Positions 13,231 to 48,079 of a stretch of DNA of 64,000 bases are shown here, piece after piece. The notes beneath the pieces were generated by a model, which was not told where the DNA came from, did not search any database, and saw nothing but the letters and a program-made list of their open reading frames with translations. The position numbers and the translations under genes are program-made. Where the stretch lies: the NCBI GenBank assembly GCA_012295275.1, contig CM022665.1:15190001-15254000 (forward strand). Direction: 5' to 3'. Positions within the stretch are counted from its first letter, which is position 1; every line of letters begins with the position of its first letter. The DNA comes from Chrysomallon squamiferum (lineage: Eukaryota; Animalia; Mollusca).

Positions 13231-15910
13231 TAAATAAATAAATAGATAAATAAAACTCAGGTAAATGTTAAAATTTGTTTTTATTCAAATAACTTTGCAA
13301 CAGCTATGACCAATACTGGAAAAACTACAATAAACATTAAGATATAAAATCTGCTAAAAGGATTTGTTCCTCTAACTGTGGTGTGCAGAATCAGTGCATT
13401 TTACCTTAAAGAGAATAATTAAATAGACACCTAGACTTTTTTAGGTTCAACTATAACAATAACAACAACAAATAAATAAATAAATAAACAAACAAAATAA
13501 TAAAGATGGATAAAAATAAAAATATATTCTCCTATTTTTAAGGGTCTCAGACAACTAATATCAGAAGGAGAAGATGTCAATCTGATGTCTACAGATGGTA
13601 ACTATCCTCTGGCCATTGCTGCTTTCTGGGGATATGCTGACATTGTAAAGATCTTATTAGAAAATGGGTAGAGTATCCATTTTAGAAAAAGAGCTTTTCT
13701 CTTTTAATCCTCTTCCATTTAAAATATTCAGTTTTATAATATAATGTTTTAAAAAAAAAAAATTAAAACTAGTTTACTGTTTTTATTTATTTATTATTAT
13801 TATATTTATTTTTGAATTTGTTTTAAACACAAATTAAATAAATGAATAATATACATATAAACTGAAATAAAATTAAGTATTAAAACTTTATTACATTATA
13901 AACATTTTCGTCCCAGTTAAAAATAAATACATTTCACAGAGCTGATATCAACTCGCAGAATACAGGGACCTTGTGGACTCCTTTACACTGTGCTGCTTTC
14001 CAAGGACATGGAAAAGTTATTTTGAAACTCACTGAGTTTAATCCTGACTTTTATGCACAAGATAATGAAGGAAGGTATATATATTAATTTAAACATCTGA
14101 AATCACTTGATGCAAACATGGGGATAATATTCAGTTTAAGACTTACAAATGCTAGATCGACACTTGAGATGCCAATTCCCACATACTGTATATCAAATAT
14201 AATTTCCCCACTATGATTTCAAACTTGCAAGATTCTGAATATTTAGAACAATGATAACAACTTGAATAATAGGAAATTAATTTTGAATGTCAATTAAATT
14301 ACAGCTATTGTTTAGTTAAAAGAAAACAATATAAATTCTTAACAAACTTTGTAAATTATACAATATCTGACTAAGCATAGTTCGACTCAAAACTGGTATT
14401 TAATTTTTGTTTTCGTTTTAAGAGTATCAGATGATGGGGTTTCATTCATGTTGAAATAGTTTGGAACATCATTTTAACTTTTAATAAATAATTCTTTTAA
14501 ATTATGTAAGCAACAGATAGGCAATACATTTTTAGATACATAAATTGCTTTTATTTTTGTTTTGTCAGAACACCTATTGATTTTGCTTCAGCTCTTGATT
14601 CCATTTGGCCTAGTTTTTGCAGGTACATTTCTGTTGTAGTATGGTGCTGAACCGAAAAGACCCCAGCAAACAAAATAAAATAAAACAATAAAATAATAGA
14701 AGTAAAAAAAAAAAAAAAAAATCCTCCCCACAACCGAAGATCAGTCTTTTAAGAAATATTGTACTTGTCACGAAAAGACTGAAAAAAATAATAAATTTAT
14801 TATTTAAATATAATAAACATTTATTTCTTTTATATGAAATCAGTTTTAATTTCTGTCATAAATTCATAAAATCTTACAATAAATCAGAAAATGTTTCACT
14901 TAAATACATCTTTAACTTTTCCAAATTAAAAATATTTTGTTTAAAATTAAATTTCACAAAATTTATAATTTAATCTGCGAATTTTAATTTAAATAAAACT
15001 ATTTAACATTAAACATTTCAGCTGCTGGGTTCAAGAGAACTCCAAAGGCTGAATTAACGAGGATGGACATTATCAGAAAGGTTTTTATAGTATTTTTGTT
15101 TTCTTAAAGTACCACGTTTAGTTTTATTTGGCTATAGAATTTCTTGCTAAAATTCAGCTTCAATGACATCGGAACATTTCACAAAATGGATCACTGACAC
15201 TGAGACAAGTTTCTTTTTTCACACAATTAAAATTAAGAATTCAAAATACAGTCATAAATTCAGTTTCACTCCGTGACAACCATTTCATGTTTCTTCTTCA
15301 TTTAGGACTTATTAAAAGAATTAAGACAGCAGGCAGTTTAGCAGTTAAGTGTTAATAAAAATTATGTTGCTTATTAAAGTTTACTTTTTAATTAACTTCG
15401 ATTTATTGATTTAGCAATTACATTAATTTCTTATTTATATAGTACCAGTGTAATTATTAAATGTTATCCTATTTTAAGTTTTTCTTACTTACACAGGCCA
15501 TACCTAACAACACAGCTGTAGAAACATCACATGTTACAAGATCAGTGTCAGCTGGTGAACCACAGTTTAAAGATCCTAATAGGGTGAGCTACTGTAATTT
15601 ACAAAATTCAGTGACATGCAGTTAAAAGTGCCAAGGTCCATTTGTTTTTATCATTTATGGAATATGCACAACTTGGATCAATTTTAATATTTGGTTACAA
15701 ATATATTTAGTTATTACCACAAATCAAACATTTTAAAATATTTTAACTGGTCAACATACATGCAGTATCCTTTATCAAATGAAAAAAAATATATATATAT
15801 ACATTACTGCATACAGGTGGAGTGACAAATATGTTTTATTAATTTTAAATATTTCCAATTTTCAGGAATATGCTTTCACAAATGGAGACGTTTTAGCATC
15901 AGTAGAATAG
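12694..15910 (+). CDS. Small ankyrin-repeat protein (~184 aa, 7 exons; one apparent +1 frameshift in exon 4)
   Basis: Exons 12694-12744, 13543-13667, 13940-14074, 14569-14622, 15022-15080, 15497-15583, 15866-15910, all GT-AG. Ankyrin motifs DGNYPLAIAAFWGYADIVKILLENGADIN, WTPLHCAAFQGHGKVI and DNEGRTPIDFA. Exons total 556 nt (3n+1). AATAAA at 15998-16003. Confidence 0.8.
12988..13278. repeat. ~155 bp tandem duplication containing (AAT)n in ankyrin intron 1
   Basis: GTAAATTT.CTGTGAAG.CATGTTA...(AAT)n...AAACTCAG.TAAATGTTAAAATTTGT occurs twice in tandem. Confidence 0.8.
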
Positions 15911-16343
15911 AGAAGTAACACGTTACTGTGCTACATACACAAAAACTTTAAGTGCATTTTAGGCAGTTACAAATTCTAAAATTTCACCTGTAAAAGGAAT
16001 AAATATTGGTGCTTGTTTTATATAGAACTGTTGTTGACAAGGTTTGGTTTTTAAATTTATTAAAAGTAACTGCTAGGAAATCAGTTTTGAAAACAGCACT
16101 ATTTAACTATTCTGTGATATATTAAACCAGTTTCTTCTGCATTATTAAAAGGAACATTATCAGGTTCTGACAGTGAAACATGCCAAACTAATTATGCCAT
16201 TCTTTTCACTTTTGCCAATTTTTTAAATAATCATAATTAACCTTATTAAATATACCCTTAAACATATTGCTAAAAACAAAACCAACAACAGACAAACGAA
16301 ATATCAGTTTCAACTCTTTAATTGGATCACTGTCAATTGCTTT

Positions 16344-19300
16344 TTAGTATATTCTGAAACTGGGGCCCATTGTACTCTTGATGTACAGGGCACGCACATT
16401 CTGCCAATTCTTCTTCAGTAAAGAAACAAGGAAATTGACAGCAAGTGTGATGTTTGAATATAGCTCCTCTTCAGACATGCTCACATGTCCAATACAAACT
16501 GACAGGCAGAGGACCTACAAAATTTCAAAAGCATATGATAAACAAAAAAAAGGACTAATAATAAACAAATACACATTCCTATGGGCATCCCTAAAACATG
16601 TTGCCTTAAAACTATGTTGTACATTAAATATTGGAAATTTTGATATTGGTTCAGACTATAAACATCCAGCCTCAGTTTAGAAAATGACACCACAGTGTAA
16701 GTCTGCTAATACATGCAAATATTTTAACATCACAGGCTGAATGCTTTTACATGCTGAAATATTTCTAGAAGAATTTTTAAATCGTCAATATAATCATGGT
16801 TTAAAGTAACACTGCCAAATATAAAGTTCTCCCAGTATACTGAAGTAATGGCAGCAACAATTGGAAGGTCTGTAATAAAAAGTTGAAAGGAAACAGTGTA
16901 CTAAAGGTTTGTACCACTATCTCGTAAGCAGCTGAAAATATTTATACACAAGTGACTATAAAAGAATATTAAGCTATAAATATTCAAACTCAGTCAGATA
17001 ATTAGCACCACTGCAATGTCTTAATACATGCAACATTACATCATTGGTTGACGATGGATATTTCCAATTTTCATAATTAAAATTTAATCTCCAAATGCTA
17101 TTTATAATACTCATTCATTTTAATTGTCTGTACAATCTAATCTTTCATAGGTACCTTTCGAGGTACAAATTGGCCTAATAAAACAGTTATTTCCTATTCT
17201 TTACGTATCAGCCATGGAAAAAATGCCAAGGTATTTTTAAAATGTACTCTTTTTTACTTTGTTTTGAAAACAAAAAAAAACTTAACTCAAGATATACATT
17301 CTTACTATCACCACACATACACTTGAATTTCAAATTTAAGCAGCATTTCTGACAAGTTTTTAGAAGATTTCCAACATGCTTCTGATTCTAATCTACCTAA
17401 CAACCTTAAGACTGACAAAAATGTTTAAACGAGAAATTATGTAAAACACCAAGTTTCCTACTGAAAAAACAAATTATGCTTTGGAAAATTTCAACCACTA
17501 CATTTTTCTGTAGAAGTCTTGTACATCTGTTTTCAGGTTAGACTGGTTTAGTAAAGAAAACAGGAACTTGGTAACATTTGATTTTAACTAGTTTTAAGTA
17601 AAAAAAAATTAAATAAAAAAATAAAAATAAAAGACTTCTAAAACAATCTGAAGAAATAAAGCATTCAACCTCAGTCAAGTTTTGTCACCACTTTATTGGT
17701 CAGAAGGTAATACATGCAATTATTTTAACATTAGTCGAGTACTTTCCATATAAACATTTTATTAATGGTGTGAAAAATACCTTCTTCATCTGGAACTTGA
17801 TGGTTGCTTTAGTTTCTTCAATTCTTGAGACCAGCGACTCCTGGTGTGATAATGGTGCAGGAAATTTGCCAGCCTTGTTCAGACCTGGTCCAAGAATCCT
17901 AGGAATCTGCTTGATTAGAGAGTCAGATGCAAGGAAAGCATCATATTTCTTGGCTGTGAATAGAGTTTACATTAATTAACCTTTCAGAAGAGTGAAAAAA
18001 TAATAAATAAAAATCAGTTTTTAAAATAGTTTTTTTTGTCTATCAAGATACCAGATACCTTGATTATTACCCCCCTTTTAAATGAATTAAAAACAAAACA
18101 ATTGGTACCTAATTTTTTAACCATTTTTTTGTCCTTGTTCAGCTTCTTCAAGGCATCTGTGTCCATATGAGGGATATCATTAGCTTTAGCCTGGTCACAA
18201 TGGACCTGATCACCAAGGATGCATACCTTCATCTTAGGCTTGGGGATAAAGCGAAGCCTGCATGATTAAATACTGATTATGTGATAAGTTGATAAATTAT
18301 TTAATCATTAGAAACAAGAAATATGGTAACTAAAATTTTGTCACATGATCAAAAATAGCATTTATAATGATAATGAACAAAACAGAAGCTCTTCCAAATA
18401 CCAAAGATATTTACCAGTTTTGTTTTGTACATGATTTAAGTATCAGATAATTTACTGTTACTATTACACATTGTAATACTAGTCATTTTACAATAACTTA
18501 TTAAGGTACATACTTCAAGTATTCTCATATCTAATAGTAGCACCAAGGACAAAGTGTGTCGGCAACAACAGCACAATTAACCATTGTTGCCTCCCCAGTT
18601 ATTTTAAGACCCTGGGTGCAGGTCCCGTTGGAGAAACCAACTACCCATGTTATCCACAAAAGCATAACTATATTCAGTAAATTTTATTGATGTAAAAAAA
18701 AAAAAATCTATCTATATATATATATATAGATAGATTTTTTTTTTTATTCAAAATATATTTATCTTGCATGTATGTATTTCATTTCTTCCTTTAATTTTCC
18801 AATAAAAACACGAAAGACCGAAATGTTGTGCTTTTGTGTGTAATTGGGTGTACATAAAATTTATGTCCCAGGCCTACTTGATGGTGCCAGCAAAACGTTT
18901 ATCCTTCTGTGGATCGTAATTCTTCAGTGCAACTTGTAGTTCAACAGACTCGACAAATTTGCGTTTCTTCTCCTGACTCTTAAGGAGAACAGTTGCAATG
19001 GATTCACGCAGGTTATCCCTATTTATTTTGCTGAGAAAAAAAACAAAATAGTAATAATAATAAAGCGAAAAAAAACATATATAATAATATATATAATTAT
19101 TATTATATATAATATTTAATTTTCAGTCCAAAAAAGAAGAAAAAAAGTAATCTTTTTCCTAATAATATAGTGATAAAGTAATATAACATCTCCAGCACAC
19201 CCGGAATAACTGAGAAATTATTTCCGATCTTATTCTGTATTTCTTCTTTGAAAACAATATATTTAGAAGACTTATCGAACAAATGCTAAATTATAGTTCA

Positions 19301-19557
19301 TTAAAACTGAAATATTACTAAAATTTTAAATGAATTGAGGAACAAAAATGTCATGGACACATCTCCCAAAAATGAACGCAATTTGGAATTTTACTTTCAC
19401 GCGAATCCGAACTTACTGCACATCAAAACTAGTAAATAAAATTTAAAACCCCATGTAACATAAGTAATAATTAATTAAAACTTAATATATTTTGTATTAA
19501 AAGTTTTAAACTAGTTCGATTAAATGGATTAAAATAGAGCACGCAGGCACACCTCAT
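16344..19557 (-). CDS. RPL10A: 60S ribosomal protein L10a (uL1), 216 aa, 5 exons
   Basis: Exons 19557-19553, 19030-18878, 18257-18109, 17953-17781, 16514-16344 (651 nt). Translation MSKINRD...[28 protein letters not shown]...[18 protein letters not shown]...[13 protein letters not shown]...[25 protein letters not shown]. Confidence 0.98.
16663..16743 (-). ncRNA. Box C/D snoRNA, SNORD45/U45-like (predicted 18S Um172-equivalent guide), copy A
   Basis: On the minus strand: terminal stem CAGCC/GGCTG, C box GTGATGT (16733-16727), guide TTGCATGTATTAG complementary to conserved 18S CUAAUACAUGC, D' CAGA, C' GTGGTGT, D CTGA (16675-16672). Lies in RPL10A intron 4, sense to the host. Confidence 0.8.
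16984..17051 (-). ncRNA. Box C/D snoRNA, SNORD45-like (predicted 18S Cm174-equivalent guide), copy B
   Basis: C box ATGATGT (17044-17038), guide GTTGCATGTATT, D'-like AAGA, C' GTGGTGC, D CTGA (16993-16990), short terminal stem TCAA/TTGA. Confidence 0.72.
17665..17738 (-). ncRNA. Degenerate third SNORD45-like copy (possible pseudo-snoRNA)
   Basis: Same TTGCATGTATTA guide, CTGA D', GTGGTGA C', CTGA D and a TCGAC/GTTGA stem. The C box is eroded (TAATGT) and D' sits 4 unpaired nt from the guide. Confidence 0.5.
18538..18660 (-). promoter_or_regulatory. GC-rich structured intronic RNA element in RPL10A intron 2 (candidate L10a autoregulatory element)
   Basis: Two hairpins on the sense strand: TGGGT..GTTGG-tttct-CCAAC..ACCCA and CTGGGGA-GGCAACAA...TTGTTGCC-gacacacttg-like bulge-TCCTTGG, within a very AT-rich intron. 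Confidence 0.5.
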
Positions 19558-19574
19558 CTTGCCGACCAGATATC

Positions 19575-19672
19575 GTGGAAAAGGAAAGGACAAGGCCACT
19601 CACGGACATCTAACTTCCTGTTGCAATATCGCGAGATTTGGATCAGCCATGTTTTTAGTTTATAATGGCGTA
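19575..19672. promoter_or_regulatory. RPL10A/USP47 bidirectional promoter with 5'TOP/TCT initiator
   Basis: Minus-strand pyrimidine tract CCTTTCCTTTTCC (19589-19577) about 20 nt before the RPL10A ATG. ETS-like ACTTCCTG 19613-19620, TATCGCGAGA (near TCTCGCGAGA) 19627-19636, YY1-like AATGGCG 19664-19670. ATGs at 19557 and 19780. Confidence 0.7.
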
Positions 19673-19779
19673 AACTGAATTTAAGGACGTATTTACAAAG
19701 TACATTTATAAAATGATCCAGTGGATGACTTTTGAATATTTCTAAATATTAACTGTAAACACATTCATTCATACATAAC

Positions 19780-44070
<24,291 letters not shown>

Positions 44071-44204
44071 CAAATAACACTCACCTTCATACACATCATA
44101 GCACAAAAAAAGTTTAAAAATAACAGACATTTGGTTCCTTATATTCTCAGAATACTATTCATTTTGTCAGTATGTATTGTAACATGAATAATATGCTGGG
44201 GAAT

Positions 44205-44945
44205 GCAGTTCAGTTTCGAGTAAAAACTCAAATATTTTGACTGAGTAACGTTTCAGGCTGCCACAGTTTTGAGTGACATGTCAAGCCATCTCAGCTTTTG
44301 AACAATATGTCAGCATTTAGTGATAATGTTAGTTTTGAGTGTTTTTCAGATTTGAGTGAAGTATGTCAAATTGTTATAGATTTGAGCAAAGTGTCAGAAC
44401 AGTTCATCTTTGATGAACAGTCTTATATTAGAATGTTACCATCACTCTGTCTCAATTCTGAATAATGTGTCTAACCAGTTGAGATCTGAATAATGCTTGA
44501 TGTATGTGTTGGATGTTTCAGAAACACTTTGAGTAACTGCAGATTCACAATTTGAGTAATATATCTGGACATCTCATCTTTTAGCAGTATGTCAGATTTA
44601 AGTCACATGTCACACTTTTAGTTTTGATTCATTTGTCGGACTATTTCAACTTTGAGTCATTTGTCGGACTCAGCTTGGAATCAAATGTCTCAATTAATAT
44701 TTCAGACTAAGTCAAATTTGAGTAATGGTTTTGGACATTATAAAGTCAGTATGATAGGTCAAATTGATCAGTAACTGTAACATATGAAACCATGAAGTAA
44801 TTTAGCTGTCTGTCAGATTTGAGCAGTTTATCAGATCGTCTCAACTTTGAGTGTGTCACTCTATTATATACCGTATATTGCAAACATTTACTGGCATATC
44901 AGACTACACTGTAATATGTCAGTACTCACAGCTTTGAGTAAATTA
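44205..44945 (+). repeat. Degenerate ~20-30 bp tandem repeat array downstream of the USP47 stop
   Basis: Recurrent TTTGAG(T/C)AA...TGTCAGA...TCTCA units, e.g. near 44268, 44351, 44381, 44551, 44651, 44717, 44818, 44846, 44933. Confidence 0.6.
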
Positions 44946-46949
44946 CAAAAATAATGAATGCTTATAACTAATTTCATTCCATGATTATTGCTGTATCTTG
45001 TAATTTTTTTTTTTTTCTCTGCATGATTCATGACATTGCTGGTTCAATGTCTAGGTGGCAAATTGTTATGAAATTAAATTCAGTTCTCATTGTCATCATT
45101 TTTCCATAATATTGTCTTAAGAATAAATTAGTGTTGAAAAACCAGTATTTTGTTCAGTAAGAAGGGAAAAAATATATATATTTCAGCTTGATAATAATGT
45201 TGCTTACAAATATATTAACTAGACTATTAAACAGTTATTATATGAGGACTTTGGATGAAGTAATTAACCAGAATTTAGTTGTCTTTTTTTGTTTTTTTTT
45301 TCATTTAAATGCTAAAGGTTACAGTTTGAAAATTAAGGAAACTAGATTGATTTCTTTGTCATCACAATTATCACAATGTTCCTTTTAATTTGAACTGTTT
45401 ATTATGTATAGCACACAGTTAAAATTCTTTCATGATTTTGTTCAAAATAAATGATAAAAAAGGGATTTGGCTGTTTTTACCAATGTAACTGGAGAATTAA
45501 ATTTTCATATATTTGAATGATGTTAAAAAAGATACTTGTAATAAACCTGATGACTCAAATGTATTTTTGATAAAATGCTAAAGTGATTGAAATCTGCTTG
45601 TCCTTAAAATAAAATGAATTATTGTGAAATATATTAAGGCGTTTTTAACTTTGTTGTTTTATTTTAAAATGTACAAGTATTCAATAATAATTATATTAAA
45701 AAAAAACTACTACCAATAAACAAATAAATTAAATTAAATAAATAGATAAATAAATAAACAAAATTTGGAAACAACTATATTTTCCAAGAGTCATAAAGGA
45801 TAAATGTAAAAGGAATTTCTTAAAAATTGTTCCTAGCCACAGAATTTATTTTTAACTTGTTTCTTCTTACATATATTAATGTTTGTAAAATAAGTTTGTA
45901 TACACACACGAACTGAGAGTAGTAAATTACATCTGCTGCTGAAAAATGATCTTCAATTTTATGTCATTTGAACTTTTGAGCGTAACTAAAATGGTTCTGA
46001 TTATATTTTTTTTGTTGTTTATTTATTCAGAAAGTGCAGAATGTAAGATTTGAAATGTAACAGTCTCATTGAGTTTTTTATTTTATTTTTTATCTTACTG
46101 TAACATGATTCAGAGTGAAGATACACAGTTTTTGAAATAAAATTCTAAAATCTTTTTTACATTTTCCACATAATAAATATTACTTTTCAACTTACATATG
46201 AATTCTGTTTTGGTAAATCTGAATACAGTGCAATACATACAGTCTGAAAATTAAGAAATGAATTGATAACATTTGTAGAAACAAATAAATATGAATGATT
46301 GCTTTCACTGTTGTCTATCTTTTGTTAAAGAAACTGTAAAAACAAGTACATACACTGCATGGTTTTATTTAACACACATTTGTCTTGAGTGATGGCTAAA
46401 ATAATTCTCTTATAGAATGTCAAGCATTGTAGATTCAAATTCATTACTCATTAGAAATAAATTGTTTTATTCATTTTATAAATCTAATAAAGATCTGCAA
46501 CAAGAAAAGATGTATTAACAAATACATAAAACAAAATTCATTAGTCATTTCTAGGTCTTTGTAAATGAAGGAAATTAAAATCTGTTTTATTAATGTATTA
46601 TAAGCAATTAAGTAATAATATGTAACAAATACAGATTCAACAGAGAAAATGTTTTAATAACATTTAAAATAGCAAAAAAGTGTTTAAGAAGGTTTAGTCA
46701 TAAAGATTTTTGGTGAACATTTTTCAAAGTGTTTCAGTCTAAAAGAAATGTTATCTTTTTGCCTGTTTGAAACTAATTACTTTGATTTCACAGTTTATCA
46801 ATGAAGTAATTTATAAATTGTTAATATTTTTAATATTAATTAGGAATAGATTTAAAGCATGATTAATTAAAATGTTTTTAAATGTGTATATTAATAAGAT
46901 TCAAACTGTTTAAATTGATTGTTCTTAAAGAAATATAAATTCCCATATT

Positions 46950-47350
46950 ACATACTTGTGTATGATTTCAGAAATAATAAATTGTTGTATAAGTAAATGA
47001 TTAATAGGTTTGAAATTATATCAATTTATTAACAATTACTATGGCTGTTTGTGTTGAACAGATTTGAAATGTAAATTGTCAGCTTTATAAATTTATAATT
47101 TCAGAAAAAACAAATCGTTGTATAAGTAAATAATAGATATGAAATATAAATTATTATCATTATATATATTTATTAACTATTACTATGGATGATTGTCTAT
47201 ATCATATTAGAAATATACATTGTCAGTATCACCAATATATAATTTCAGAAATAATAGATTATTGTTTAAGTAAATAATGAATATATTTGAAATGTAAATT
47301 GTGAACATTACCATTGTATAAATTTCAAAAATAACCATTGTTGTGTAATT
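46950..47350. repeat. Degenerate ~135-145 bp tandem repeat
   Basis: ATTTCAGAAA...TTGTATAAGTAAAT...TTTGAAAT units recur near 46965, 47098, 47242 and 47322. Confidence 0.5.
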
Positions 47351-47952
47351 GAATAACAAATAATTTTAAAACAAATCATTACCATTATATGATAAATTCA
47401 TTAACTCTCTACACAGAGATATGTGTGGATTTAGTAAGATTTTCAAATGTAAATAATCAGCACATGTTCAGATTGTTGTGGTTTAGGTTAAATTGCTTTG
47501 AATTATGAGTTTTAATATTTTAAAAAAATTGTGTTTACTGTTAGTGTTTAAGAGTTGTTTTAACTGCTTTGAATTGTGAATTTTTATTGTTTATACAGAT
47601 TTCGTTACTATTTGAAATGGCTTTGTAAGTTAACATTTTAACTGAAGATAAAGATATTTATGTTTATTTGAAATGAGTTTCTCTTAAAACTGACTTGTAT
47701 TTCTATACAAGTTTGATAAAACATCGCTGTTTGTTACTTCTTTATTTCATTTCTTCATCTATAATGAAATAAAAAATAATTGTAGAGGTGAGGTGTAAGT
47801 GTAGATAATGTAGCCATGAGATGTTGGTTAATGTTTATACAAAATTCTGTTACTATTGCAGCAGTGTCAAAACATGCTTACAAATAATGGTGCTACTTGT
47901 ATTAAATAGCTTTTTTTTTTCTTCTTTTTTTTTTCAGAACAAGAAATTTTAA

Positions 47953-47984
<32 letters not shown>

Positions 47985-48040
47985 AGTCAGTTTTTGTCTC
48001 TAGAATATCCTGAATATATTTTTTTAATTGTAATTTTAAT

Positions 48041-48079
<39 letters not shown>

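Noticed and set aside
19345-19460. Possible H/ACA snoRNA in RPL10A intron 1
   Set aside because: ACA and ANANNA motifs are present, but I could not build a convincing two-hairpin fold.
44205-44945. CRISPR-like array
   Set aside because: Eukaryotic context, degenerate units without a constant repeat plus unique spacers, and no cas genes.
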